Shown here: positions 46,469-55,752 of the stretch, piece by piece
How positions within the stretch are numbered: position 1 is the first letter of the stretch
How the letters are laid out: every line of letters starts with the position of its first letter
NCBI GenBank assembly: GCA_050633305.1
Contig: JBOEGF010000014.1
Location: 192,001-256,000, forward strand
Reading direction: 5' to 3'
Length of the DNA stretch: 64,000 bases
DNA from: Nannocystales bacterium
GTDB taxonomy: Bacteria; Myxococcota_A; Polyangia; Nannocystales; Nannocystaceae
The notes under the pieces: model-generated
Databases searched by the model: none
What the model saw: only the letters and a program-made list of their open reading frames with translations
Told to the model about the DNA's origin: nothing
Made by a program: the position numbers and the translations under genes

Positions 46469-47796
46469 GTTGGCTCCGCAGAAACCGGGTCGCACCGACT
46501 CCGCTGTCCGCAGCCGGGACCATCGACGGGGCCCGAGTCCTGGCCTACATGCTGGTGCTCGCGCTCGTCTTGTCCATCGCGGCGCTGGTCTTCACACCTT
46601 GGCAGCAGTCCGTTCGAGGCGGAGGGCGGGTCACCGCCTATGCACCGCTGGAGCGGCAGCAGAGTGTCGAGGCTCCGGTAAAGGGACGGGTGGTTCACTG
46701 GTACGTCCAAGAAGGTGACCACATCGAGGCGGGGCAGCCGGTGGTCGACCTGGCCGACAACGATCCCGAGTTGATCGCTCGCCTCGAACGCCAGCGGGCT
46801 GCGGTCGTCGCTCGGATGGAAGCAGCGCGATTGACCATCGTCGTCGCCGACGCGAAGACGGTGGCGTTGGATGGGTCTCGTTCGGCAGCGTTCACCAGCT
46901 CCTCGCTCAAGTCACTGATCACCAAGGACAAACTCGAAGGGGCGCAGCGAGCCTACGAAGCCGCTGATGCGGAGAAGGAAACCGCTGGGTTGAACCTGAA
47001 GCGGGTGGAAAAGCTGCACGCAGAGGGGCTGGTCTCGACCCGGAAGCTCGAGCTGGCGCAGATGAAGGCCCGCACCACAGCGGCCAAGCTCAACAAGCAG
47101 AGGGCTTCGCTCTCGGCCGCGAAGCGGGAAGTCAAGGCTGCCCAGGCGGACCGCTCCAAGATCGACGGCGAGGCCGAGGCCAAGGTCGAGGACGCGAAAT
47201 CGTCGATGCAGAAGGCGAAGTCCGACGTCGCGAAGGCGCAGGCCGACCTCGCCAAGCTCGACGTGAAGCTCGCGCAGCAGCGACAGATGCAGGTGGTGGC
47301 TCCCCGCGCGGGCACCGTGTTCCAGCTGTCGGCCAAGGAGGGAGGTGAGGTCGTCAAAGAAGGCGATGCACTCGCGATCCTTGTTCCCGATGTCAGCGCG
47401 CGTGCGGTCGAGCTTTGGGTCGATGGCAACGATGCCCCGCTCATCACGCCGGGGCGTGAGGTTCGGATCCAGTTCGAGGGATGGCCTGCCGTCCAGTTCG
47501 TCGGATGGCCATCGGTCGCAATCGGGACGTTTGGCGGAGAGGTCGCCTTCGTCGACTCGACCGACAACGGCGAGGGAAAGTTCCGCATCGTCGTGACCCA
47601 GCTTGCGGGGGAGGAGTGGCCCGACTCCCGCTACCTACGACAAGGCGTTCGCGCCAACGGCTGGGTCCTGCTCAACCAGGTGAGCTTGGGCTACGAGCTG
47701 TGGCGCCTGTTCAACGGGTTCCCACCCGCGGTGTCCGCCCCTCAGGATGCTTCCAAGTCCTCTTCGGGTGGCAAGGGCAAGGTGGCTGGAAAGTGA
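46465..47796 (+). CDS. HlyD-family membrane fusion protein
   Basis: TM segment, PWQQSV, APVKGRV..WYVQEGD, long coiled coil, FEGWPAVQFVGWP, LNQVSLGYELWR. Confidence 0.9.
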   Translation: MSWLRRNRVAPTPLSAAGTIDGARVLAYMLVLALVLSIAALVFTPWQQSVRGGGRVTAYAPLERQQSVEAPVKGRVVHWYVQEGDHIEAGQPVVDLADNDPELIARLERQRAAVVARMEAARLTIVVADAKTVALDGSRSAAFTSSSLKSLITKDKLEGAQRAYEAADAEKETAGLNLKRVEKLHAEGLVSTRKLELAQMKARTTAAKLNKQRASLSAAKREVKAAQADRSKIDGEAEAKVEDAKSSMQKAKSDVAKAQADLAKLDVKLAQQRQMQVVAPRAGTVFQLSAKEGGEVVKEGDALAILVPDVSARAVELWVDGNDAPLITPGREVRIQFEGWPAVQFVGWPSVAIGTFGGEVAFVDSTDNGEGKFRIVVTQLAGEEWPDSRYLRQGVRANGWVLLNQVSLGYELWRLFNGFPPAVSAPQDASKSSSGGKGKVAGK

Positions 47797-49190
47797 CCCG
47801 TACCCTCGCGCAATCCCTGCTCGTGGCGGCGGTGTTGCTCGCCTCTGGGTGGGCAAGGGCTGCCGCCCCGTTGCGCTTGAAGCAGGTCCTCGACTCCGTG
47901 CAGGACACGCATCCGACACTCGAAGGCGCGCAGCAGAAGCGCGAGGCCGCCGAAGGGAAGGCCTTGTCCGCGCGAGGCGGATTCGATCCCAAGGTCGCGC
48001 TCAAGGGCAAGTGGACTCCGGTCAGCTACTACGAGAACGCGCAAATCGACGCCACGATCGAGCAGGCCACGCCGTTGTGGGGCGCCTCGGTTTACGCCGG
48101 ATATCGCTTCGGTTGGGGCGACTACCCCGCCTACAAAGGTGACCTTCGCACCCGAGAGTACGGAGAGTTGCGAGCCGGAATCAACGTCCCCATCTGGAAT
48201 GGAGGGCCCATCGACGGACGCCGGGCCAAGATCGCGACGACAAAGGCAGGCATCCAGGATGCCGATGCACAACTCGACGCGACCGCGTTGGCCCTCGAGC
48301 GTGAAGCGGCGCAGGCGTATTGGAGCTGGGTGGCTGCGGGGCGAAACCTCGCGATCACCGAAGGGCTCCTGGAGCTGGCGCGGGCCCGGCAGAAAGCGCT
48401 GGATGCTCAAGTGGACGCAGGCGCGATCGAAGCGATCAAGAAAGTCGACAACGAGCGGTTGGTCTTCTCCCGAGAAGCAAAGGTCGTCAAGGCTCGGCAG
48501 AAGCTCGACAAGGCCTCGATCGAGCTGTCGCTGTACTACCGGGATGCCAAGCTCCGCCCGATGAGGCCGAGCGCCGATCAGGTCCCGGCCGAGATCCGGG
48601 ATCCGGGTCCGCCGTCGTCGGTCTCGCTCGACGCGGGCATCGCCGAAGCGCTGGAGCGGCGACCCGAACTCGCCGCACTCGATGCGCAGCGAGATGCCGC
48701 AGACGTCGAGGTGCGCCTCGCGAAGAACCTGCGGAGTCCCGATGCTTCGGTGCAGGCCTTCGGTGCGCAGGACTTCGGTCCGGGGACGATTCAGCCCTCC
48801 GCCGAGTTTGGCGTGGGGTTCGTGCTCTCGATCCCCATTCCGCTGCGCAAGGCTCGGGGCCACCTTCAGGTTGCCAGGGCCGAGTTGGCCGGTTTGCGTG
48901 CCAAGGTCCGGGGAACGAGGGACAAGATCGAATCAGAAGTCCGCAAGGCACACGTCGCGTTGGTGGCGTCGCAACGGACGTGGGACCTCGCTCGCAAGCA
49001 GGCCGACGCGGCGTCGCGACTCGCCGACGCGGAGCGCCGCAAGTTCCGCGAGGGCGCGTCCGACCTTGTCGTTGTCAACTTGCGTGAACTCGCCGTCGCC
49101 AGTGCGCAGGCCTCGGTCGTCGAGGCGGCCGCGGACTATCACCGTGCTCACGCTGACTTTCGGGTCGCGACCGGGCGGAGCCCCCGGTGA
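47793..49190 (+). CDS. TolC-family outer membrane protein
   Basis: Signal peptide, ARGGFDP, AYWSW, ALERRPEL, GASDLVVVNLRE. GTG start overlaps the HlyD stop. Confidence 0.88.
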   Translation: MTRTLAQSLLVAAVLLASGWARAAAPLRLKQVLDSVQDTHPTLEGAQQKREAAEGKALSARGGFDPKVALKGKWTPVSYYENAQIDATIEQATPLWGASVYAGYRFGWGDYPAYKGDLRTREYGELRAGINVPIWNGGPIDGRRAKIATTKAGIQDADAQLDATALALEREAAQAYWSWVAAGRNLAITEGLLELARARQKALDAQVDAGAIEAIKKVDNERLVFSREAKVVKARQKLDKASIELSLYYRDAKLRPMRPSADQVPAEIRDPGPPSSVSLDAGIAEALERRPELAALDAQRDAADVEVRLAKNLRSPDASVQAFGAQDFGPGTIQPSAEFGVGFVLSIPIPLRKARGHLQVARAELAGLRAKVRGTRDKIESEVRKAHVALVASQRTWDLARKQADAASRLADAERRKFREGASDLVVVNLRELAVASAQASVVEAAADYHRAHADFRVATGRSPR

Positions 49191-49194
49191 GCGC

Positions 49195-50781
49195 TCATAG
49201 GTTCGCGAGGTCGATGAGCTCCTGCATCGGGGATGGTGACCCGTGCACACCGACGATCGTATCGATCTGAAGACCCCGTGCGGTGACGAACTCGAGCAGC
49301 AGCACTGCACGCTCCCGCAACACGGCGCGGGTCTCTTCAGTGTAGCCCTCCCACCCGAAGACGAAGCCGCCGTTGAAGATATCGGCGACGAACAGCAGTC
49401 GCTGGGCCGGGAAGTAAGCCACGAGCATGTCGTCGCTGTGGTCGGTGGGGAGCATGAGCAGCTCGAACGCATGCTCGCCCGAGCCAACGGTCGCGGTCTC
49501 GTCCACAGCCACCACCTCGACATCTGCGTCTGGACCGTAGCCATCGGGCACCAGGTCATGCGTTGAATCGAGCACCTCTTGCACGAACGGAACCGAGGCG
49601 GCACCGACGAACAGCTTGTCGGATGCTCCCGCGAAGGTTCGAACCCCGCCGAAGTGGTCCATGTGTTGGTGCGTTGCCACGGTGGCGTAGATCGGCTGCC
49701 CCTCGAAGTGGGCCTGGATCGCTGCAAGCACCGCCGCCGACCGATGGTGGTTGAGCGAGGGCTCCAACAGGACCACGCCTTCGTCGACCTCGACCGCCAG
49801 CGACACGTAGCCGAGCTCCGGCGAGCCTGTAACCGTGTACACGCCGTCGGCGAGGACTTCGATCTGGACCTGGTCCAAAGGCAGGTCCTGCGAGAACCCG
49901 AAGGCAAACATGCGGTTGTACCACTGGGAGGCTAGCGTCCCTACGCGGCCCTGTTCGGGGTCGTAGGGAGCACTCGCGAGGACTTCGAAGGCGTCGGCAG
50001 GGGTGGCAGGGTTGAGCTCGATGCCTGTCACGTCCTCGGTCCGCACGACCTCCGATGCGAGGGTGTGGGTGATCGCGCGCGGGTAGTGGGTGTCGCCGAC
50101 CGGTTGCCAGTTATCGTACGCCACAACGAACGAGACGTCGCCGAGTAGAGCATCGGATTCCATGACCGTTGCGGTCGCAGGCAGATGGGTCGTGGGGTCG
50201 AGCGTCATGTGCACGGACGGCAACCCATCGCCCAGCGGGAGCGTGAGGTCGGTGCTGCCGGCCTCGACCATCTCGGTCAGCAACGCGAGTGGGTTGGCGA
50301 GCAGCTGCGTCTTGCGGATGGCCTCGAGACGTGACGAGTACAACGGAGTCGCAGCGGACTGGCCAAAGTAGCGGCTCCCGAACCCGTGCACGCCCTCGAT
50401 CGAGCCCTGCGTACCCGCGATGGTGAGGGTGGATTCGCCCTCGTAACCGAATGGGTAGATGAAGTTCTGGTTCCAGTCCAAGCGCAGCGCATCAGCGTCG
50501 CGGTCCGAAAGCTGGGTGTAGCTGAACGTGGCCGGGCTGTGCGCCAGACCGGTGAGCTCGGGCCCTTCTTGGTGGAATTCCGAGAAGGCTCCCGTGACCT
50601 CGAGCTGCATCGTTTCGATGGCGAGCAAGGTCGGGAGGCCACCCAGCGCCTCGACCGCCCGCTCCTGTGGACTGGGGGGCGGTGGGTTGGAGTCGTCGCA
50701 TCCCAGGAGCGTGACAGCGGCGAGGGTAAGCGCGAGGGGTCCGCGATGGGCGTGGGAAGGGTGAGAGTGGGTCTTGGACAT
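49195..50781 (-). CDS. MBL-fold metallo-hydrolase lipoprotein
   Basis: Lipobox LLGC, THQHMDHFGG, HSDDM, ADIF and VHG metal ligands. Confidence 0.85.
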   Translation of the reverse strand: MSKTHSHPSHAHRGPLALTLAAVTLLGCDDSNPPPPSPQERAVEALGGLPTLLAIETMQLEVTGAFSEFHQEGPELTGLAHSPATFSYTQLSDRDADALRLDWNQNFIYPFGYEGESTLTIAGTQGSIEGVHGFGSRYFGQSAATPLYSSRLEAIRKTQLLANPLALLTEMVEAGSTDLTLPLGDGLPSVHMTLDPTTHLPATATVMESDALLGDVSFVVAYDNWQPVGDTHYPRAITHTLASEVVRTEDVTGIELNPATPADAFEVLASAPYDPEQGRVGTLASQWYNRMFAFGFSQDLPLDQVQIEVLADGVYTVTGSPELGYVSLAVEVDEGVVLLEPSLNHHRSAAVLAAIQAHFEGQPIYATVATHQHMDHFGGVRTFAGASDKLFVGAASVPFVQEVLDSTHDLVPDGYGPDADVEVVAVDETATVGSGEHAFELLMLPTDHSDDMLVAYFPAQRLLFVADIFNGGFVFGWEGYTEETRAVLRERAVLLLEFVTARGLQIDTIVGVHGSPSPMQELIDLANL

Positions 50782-50866
50782 GAGATTGCGTCCTCTGTGC
50801 TCTCAACCGTACGGAGCCCCGACGCATCTCTCAAATCGATAGTTGTGCTAGTTAGTATTCGCGAAA

Positions 50867-51838
50867 ATGATGTCTTCGGGACACACGCCCATCAACACCA
50901 ACGTGAATCTGCTGGTGGCACTCGACTTGCTGCTTGCCGAGTGCAGCGTGTCGAAGGCCGCCCGCGCTGCAGGCATCACGCAGTCGGCCATGAGCAACGC
51001 GCTGGCCCAGCTCCGGTCCCTGCTCGGCGACCCCCTGCTTGTTCGCGTGGGTCGGAGCATGGAACCCACCCCGGTGGCCCTCGCCCTCATTCCCGAGCTT
51101 CGGTCCGGGGTGGATAGCTTCTCGAAGGTCCTCGCGGGGGAACGCGAGTTTGACCCCTCGACCAGCCGGGAGGACTTTGTGTTTGCCCTCAGCGATCGGG
51201 TCGAGGTTCTTCTGTTGCCCAGCCTTCTCACGGCTGTCCGCCAGGTCGCGCCGGGTGTCTCCATCCAGGTGCTGTCGTGGGGGCACCTGGCGCCACACCC
51301 GGGGTTGGCGGATGGCGGTGTCGACCTCAGCAGCGGCATCATCATCGACAAAACCTCGCCGGCTCACGACCATCGGAGATGGCCGTCCGCGGTGCCTGGC
51401 CTGGCCAAGGGCATGCACGGTGAGCGGATCTTTCACGCGGGACTGGCCACGATCGTCCGTAAGGGGCATCCCGGGGTCGGCAAGCGTCTGACGATCAAAG
51501 CCTTTGCGAAGCTCGAGCATCTGCTGGTCACCGACGGGAGAGGCGCGACGGGAATCGTCGATGACGCGCTATCGCGGGCGGGTCTCCAGCGTCGGATCGC
51601 AGCCCGGGTCCCCCACCATCAGTTGGTCGGTGAACTGGTTGCCACGACAGACCTCGTCGCCACCATCGACCACCGGATCGCCGCCCGCCACGCCCAGGAG
51701 TACGATCTTCGACTGTTCAAGACTCCTGTCGACCTGCCACGGGCTGGGCTTGGGATCTTCTGGCACGACCGAACCCATGCTGATCCTGCGCGCCGATGGC
51801 TTCGGGCTCAGGTCCAGGCCGTCGCGGCCGCGATCTAG
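50867..51838 (+). CDS. LysR-family transcriptional regulator
   Basis: NLLVALDLLLAECSVSKAARAAGITQSAMSNALAQLRSLLGDPLLVR and WHDRTHADPARRWLR. Confidence 0.93.
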   Translation: MMSSGHTPINTNVNLLVALDLLLAECSVSKAARAAGITQSAMSNALAQLRSLLGDPLLVRVGRSMEPTPVALALIPELRSGVDSFSKVLAGEREFDPSTSREDFVFALSDRVEVLLLPSLLTAVRQVAPGVSIQVLSWGHLAPHPGLADGGVDLSSGIIIDKTSPAHDHRRWPSAVPGLAKGMHGERIFHAGLATIVRKGHPGVGKRLTIKAFAKLEHLLVTDGRGATGIVDDALSRAGLQRRIAARVPHHQLVGELVATTDLVATIDHRIAARHAQEYDLRLFKTPVDLPRAGLGIFWHDRTHADPARRWLRAQVQAVAAAI

Positions 51839-51951
51839 GTCGGACGCTGCGCCTGCGGCGTCTGGTCGCGCGGCCCATCGTCGCGCGGCAGACGGGTCGC
51901 TGGGACCGTTGGACGCACCCGTATGCCTCGCCGGCTTGATATCCGGCGGCC

Positions 51952-52797
51952 ATGAAAGCTCGATTGCTCTCGATTCCACTCGCCCTCGGGCTGGCGTCGT
52001 GCGACGCCTCGTCCGAGGGGTCCGATCCCGAGTTCCGCATCGCCTTTGACGTGCGGGCGAACGGGGACTCGTTCCGCTGCGGCGGGAGCTACGACGGAAT
52101 CGGAGTTGCGAACACGACAGTCGAACCCCTCGACATCCGACTGTACGTTCACGATGTCCACCTGGTCACGGCCAGTGGCGGTGAAGTCCCTCTCGATCTT
52201 TCGGCCGACCAGACCTGGCAGCGGGACGGTGTTGCCCTGCTCGACTTTGCCGACGATACGGGACGGTGCGCGACCGGGAGCCCACAGACCAACATGGAGA
52301 TTGTGGGCACGGCAGACGTCGATGAAGATGTGGTCGGGGTCAGCTTCACACTGGGGCTCCCCACGGAGTCCAACCACATCGACGCGGTCCGCAGCCCGGC
52401 TCCGTTCAACGCTCCCGGGATGTGGTGGAGCTGGACCGGTGGCTTCAAGTACGCGCGAATCGACGTCGCCACGCCGACCCATCCCGCGTGGTTCCTTCAC
52501 CTGGGTGCGACGAGCTGTGAGGGGAGCCCTGCAGAGGGCATCGAGTGCGCATGGACGAACGTCCCACGCATCGAACTCTCAGGCATGGACCCTCAGACCG
52601 ACACGGTCGTGCTGGAACTCGGGTCGCTGTACGCAGACTCCGACCTCGATGCGCCCATCGACTACGAGAGCGACTTCATCAACGGTTGCATGGCGTTCTC
52701 GGGCGACCCCGAGTGCGCGCCCATCTTCGAGCGCCTCGGCGTCGAGTTCGAGGGCGAACGCACCTTCGAGCAGCAGGCCTTCACCGCCGAACCATAG
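51952..52797 (+). CDS. mbnP: MbnP-family copper-binding protein (lipoprotein)
   Basis: DIRLYVHDV, WQRDGVALLDF, FTLGLP..NH, GMWWSWTGGFKY (WxW), HLGATSC, GCM. Confidence 0.85.
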   Translation: MKARLLSIPLALGLASCDASSEGSDPEFRIAFDVRANGDSFRCGGSYDGIGVANTTVEPLDIRLYVHDVHLVTASGGEVPLDLSADQTWQRDGVALLDFADDTGRCATGSPQTNMEIVGTADVDEDVVGVSFTLGLPTESNHIDAVRSPAPFNAPGMWWSWTGGFKYARIDVATPTHPAWFLHLGATSCEGSPAEGIECAWTNVPRIELSGMDPQTDTVVLELGSLYADSDLDAPIDYESDFINGCMAFSGDPECAPIFERLGVEFEGERTFEQQAFTAEP

Positions 52798-52821
52798 AGA
52801 ACCTCAGGAGGTCAAGACACG

Positions 52822-53373
52822 ATGAAGACTCTTCACCCGATCCTCTTCGCAGGGCTTCTCGTCGGCACGGTGACCGGTTGCGACGACGCCGAAGCACCCG
52901 CGACCGAAGCCGATGCGGAGCCCGGCGACCCGGCATTCATCCGCGACCCGGCGCTGGACGTCGACAACATCAGCGCCGCGGACGAGTCGAAGAGCCACAA
53001 CGCGGGCATGAACTGCATGCAGTGCCATCAGTCGCTCGGCGCTGGCCTCGGACAGTTCACCGTGGCGGGCACGCTATACGGGCCCGACGACGCGCCTGTC
53101 CCCAACGCGACGCTCGAGCTATGGACCGCACCGGAGCGACAAGGCGAGTTGGTCACGGCCATCGAGGCCGACGCCTACGGAAACGTGTTCTCGACCGAGC
53201 CGCTGCCGTTCCCCGAGCAACGACTGTTCGTCTGGGTCGAGTCCGAGGATGCCTCGCTGAGCGCTGCCATGCCGTTCCCAACCGCGTCGGGGTCCTGCAA
53301 CCACTGCCACGCTGGAGGGTTCAAAGTTCGCCTCGAGCCGCCTGCTGAGGACGACGGTGAGAGCGGCGAATAG
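52822..53373 (+). CDS. small diheme cytochrome c lipoprotein
   Basis: Lipobox VTGC; SHNAGMNCMQCH and GSCNHCH heme motifs flank a beta domain (FTVAGTLY, DAYGN). Confidence 0.8.
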   Translation: MKTLHPILFAGLLVGTVTGCDDAEAPATEADAEPGDPAFIRDPALDVDNISAADESKSHNAGMNCMQCHQSLGAGLGQFTVAGTLYGPDDAPVPNATLELWTAPERQGELVTAIEADAYGNVFSTEPLPFPEQRLFVWVESEDASLSAAMPFPTASGSCNHCHAGGFKVRLEPPAEDDGESGE

Positions 53374-54466
53374 GCTCGCCTGGCTGCTCGTTGTGGCGGG
53401 GGGCTGCCAGGAGATGCCCTCTTCGTCTCCGTGGGTCTGGGAGCTTCCCATGGGGCAGCCGGCGCCGATGGTTCCCTCCGAGTCGCCGATGAGTGCCGCC
53501 CGCGTGGAGCTGGGGCGACACCTCTTCTACGACGTTCGACTCTCGGGCAACGGCGAGCAAGCGTGTGCGAGCTGCCACGAGCAGGCGAGAGCGTTCACCG
53601 ATGGTGAAGCAACTCCGGTGGGGTCGACCGGAGATCCGGTTCCGCGAAACTCGATGACCCTGACCAACGTCGCGTATCGAAACACCCTCGCGTGGTCGAA
53701 CCCGGCGCTGACCGACCTCGAGTCTCATGCCCTGGTGCCGCTGTTCGGCGAGTTTCCCGTCGAGCTTGGGCTGACGGGCGTCGAGGGGCAGGTTTTTGAG
53801 CGACTCGAGAGTGACCCGTTGTACCCGGCGTTGTTCGGCGACGCGGGGTTGCCTGTCACGACCGGTGCTGTCACGTCTGCGCTCGCCTCGTTCCAGCGCA
53901 CCCTGTTGTCGTACGACAGCCCCTACGACCGCTGGGTCGCGGGGGACGTGCATGCGCTCTCCGAGGCCGCTCAGCGCGGTGCGGACGTCTTCTTCTCCGA
54001 AGCGGGCGAGTGTTACCACTGCCACGGCGGATTCGACTTCACCAACGATGTGCGCACGACCGACCTCCCAGCGGGGGCATCGGCGTTCGCAAACACGGGC
54101 CTTTACAACGTCGAGGGCACCGGACGTTATCCCGAGCCCAACGTTGGTCTCGTCGAATTCACCGGGGCTGCTCCAGACATGGGTCGCTTTCGGGTTCCGA
54201 CGCTGCGCAATGTCGCCGTGACCGCCCCGTACATGCACGACGGCTCGGTCGAGACGCTCGAAGAGGTGGTGCGACACTACGTGCGAGGCGGGTCGAATCA
54301 CGAACAGGGTCCGTGGGCGGGCGATGGCGCCGAAAACCCCTACAAGGACAGCCTCATTCGCCCCCTCGATCTCGACGATACTGATGTGGCGGACGTTGTT
54401 GCGTTCTTGGAGGCGCTGACGGACGAGGCGTTTCTCGAAGACCCTCGCTACGCAGACCCTTGGTGA
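53357..54466 (+). CDS. mbnH: MbnH-family di-heme enzyme (bCcP/MauG superfamily)
   Basis: LGRHLFYDVRLS, CASCH, RNSMTLTNVAY, CYHCH, FRVPTLRNVAVTAPYMHDGS. Confidence 0.88.
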   Translation: MRAANRLAWLLVVAGGCQEMPSSSPWVWELPMGQPAPMVPSESPMSAARVELGRHLFYDVRLSGNGEQACASCHEQARAFTDGEATPVGSTGDPVPRNSMTLTNVAYRNTLAWSNPALTDLESHALVPLFGEFPVELGLTGVEGQVFERLESDPLYPALFGDAGLPVTTGAVTSALASFQRTLLSYDSPYDRWVAGDVHALSEAAQRGADVFFSEAGECYHCHGGFDFTNDVRTTDLPAGASAFANTGLYNVEGTGRYPEPNVGLVEFTGAAPDMGRFRVPTLRNVAVTAPYMHDGSVETLEEVVRHYVRGGSNHEQGPWAGDGAENPYKDSLIRPLDLDDTDVADVVAFLEALTDEAFLEDPRYADPW

Positions 54467-54750
54467 ACAGAGTCCGGCCCATGTCGGGTACTCTAGGGTG
54501 GGGTGCGTTTCGGCCGCGGCGACGGTGTCCGACCGGTCGGATTCACGGACGCGACACCACGAGGTGCCCTCAGCGTCACGGTTCGGTATCGCTCGGGTCA
54601 GGGACATGGGGCGCGCCCCAATCGCGTCCGCAGTGGCGCGCTCGGGCGCTTTGTCGGTACTCTGAAGTCGGGGGCGGGATGCGGAGCAACGCGACATTGG
54701 GCCGGCGAAGGCCGTGGGTGCAGCAACGCTCGGGGCGTTCAACCACGCAC

Positions 54751-55344
54751 GTGAAGCTCGACGTCAAATGCAGCACGTGTGGCGGGGACAACTACGGGCG
54801 GCACAAATACTGCGGTTGGTGTGGCGTCGAAATGGGCGCTCCGGATGTGGTGGATGAGGTGACCGACCACGCTGCGGTGGGTGGGGACGTCGTGGATTCG
54901 ACCGCGGTTGGTCCGCTTGCCAGCGAGCGGACCAACCCCGGCGGCGTCGCGGATGCGGACGCCACGGTGATGCGGTCTGCCGTCGCCACGCCCCTCGATG
55001 GACTCATCGTCTCGATGCTCGGCGAGCTGGGTGCCGGCCGTCCGTCGCGATCGCGTCCGGTCTTGTACCGCCTTGATCTGGGAGAGCCGTTCGACGTGGA
55101 CGGGCCGAGCATCGAGGCCCCGGGTACGTTTACGGCGACGGTCGAAGGTCTCCGTCTCGATTCTCTGGGCTCCCTCGAGGGGGTCTATCGGCGGGTGCGG
55201 CGAGACGAGAAGCCCATCGCGTACCGCCGTCTCCGAGTCATCCGAGAGCTCGGGACGTTTCAAGCACTGGCGCCGGGAGAGACGATCTCCGTGGGGTGCA
55301 TGGCGATCTTGGACCGCGTGCTCGTGCGTATCGAGCCGGCGTAG
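54751..55344 (+). CDS. zinc-ribbon protein with degenerate FHA-like C-domain
   Basis: CSTCG..N....KYCGWCG N-terminal ribbon; DSLGSLEGVY resembles the FHA DLGSxNG motif. Confidence 0.6.
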   Translation: MKLDVKCSTCGGDNYGRHKYCGWCGVEMGAPDVVDEVTDHAAVGGDVVDSTAVGPLASERTNPGGVADADATVMRSAVATPLDGLIVSMLGELGAGRPSRSRPVLYRLDLGEPFDVDGPSIEAPGTFTATVEGLRLDSLGSLEGVYRRVRRDEKPIAYRRLRVIRELGTFQALAPGETISVGCMAILDRVLVRIEPA

Positions 55345-55407
55345 GGCGACGCGGAAGGCCCTCGCCCAGTGGACGCCGCCGCCCGCGCCGTGCATGATGC
55401 CGCCACC

Positions 55408-55674
55408 ATGAAGCTCAAAGACATCGCGTCCACTCTCGCTGTCCTCGGTTCCGGAGCGCTCTTCCTTTCCGGTTGCGACAAAGAGAAGCCGGCGACCGAG
55501 GTCCCCGACGCTGCCGTTCCGGCCGCCGAAGCTGGTGAAGGCTCCTGCTCAGCCGACGATCATCCCGCGGATGGCCATTGTGGCGGTGACACGGCCGACG
55601 CCGAGGGCGAAGGCTCCTGCGGAGGCGAGAAGGCCGAAGGCGAAGCTGAGGGCGAAGGCTCCTGCGGCGGCTGA
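55408..55674 (+). CDS. small lipoprotein with EGSCGG repeats (HvfA/oxazolin-like RiPP precursor)
   Basis: Lipobox LSGC, then EGSCS, DGHCGG, EGSCGG and EGSCGG-COOH; 88 aa. Confidence 0.75.
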   Translation: MKLKDIASTLAVLGSGALFLSGCDKEKPATEVPDAAVPAAEAGEGSCSADDHPADGHCGGDTADAEGEGSCGGEKAEGEAEGEGSCGG

Positions 55675-55693
55675 GCAGAACCTGCTCCCGCAA

Positions 55694-55726
55694 AGAAAGC
55701 CCGCGGTCGATGGCCGCGGGCTTTCT
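55694..55726. terminator. bidirectional-type hairpin between convergent genes
   Basis: agaaagcccgcgg-N7-ccgcgggctttct perfect stem. Confidence 0.75.
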
Positions 55727-55752
55727 CAATTGGCATCAGCGATGCTCCCTCG

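Noticed and set aside
51952..54466. Methanobactin biosynthetic cluster
   Set aside because: mbnA, mbnB, mbnC and a TonB-dependent transporter are absent; only the mbnP/mbnH-type genes are present.
55731..55746. Sigma-54-like TGGCAT-N5-ATGCT sequence
   Set aside because: It points into the 3' end of the convergent VWA gene with no downstream sense gene, so it is probably chance.
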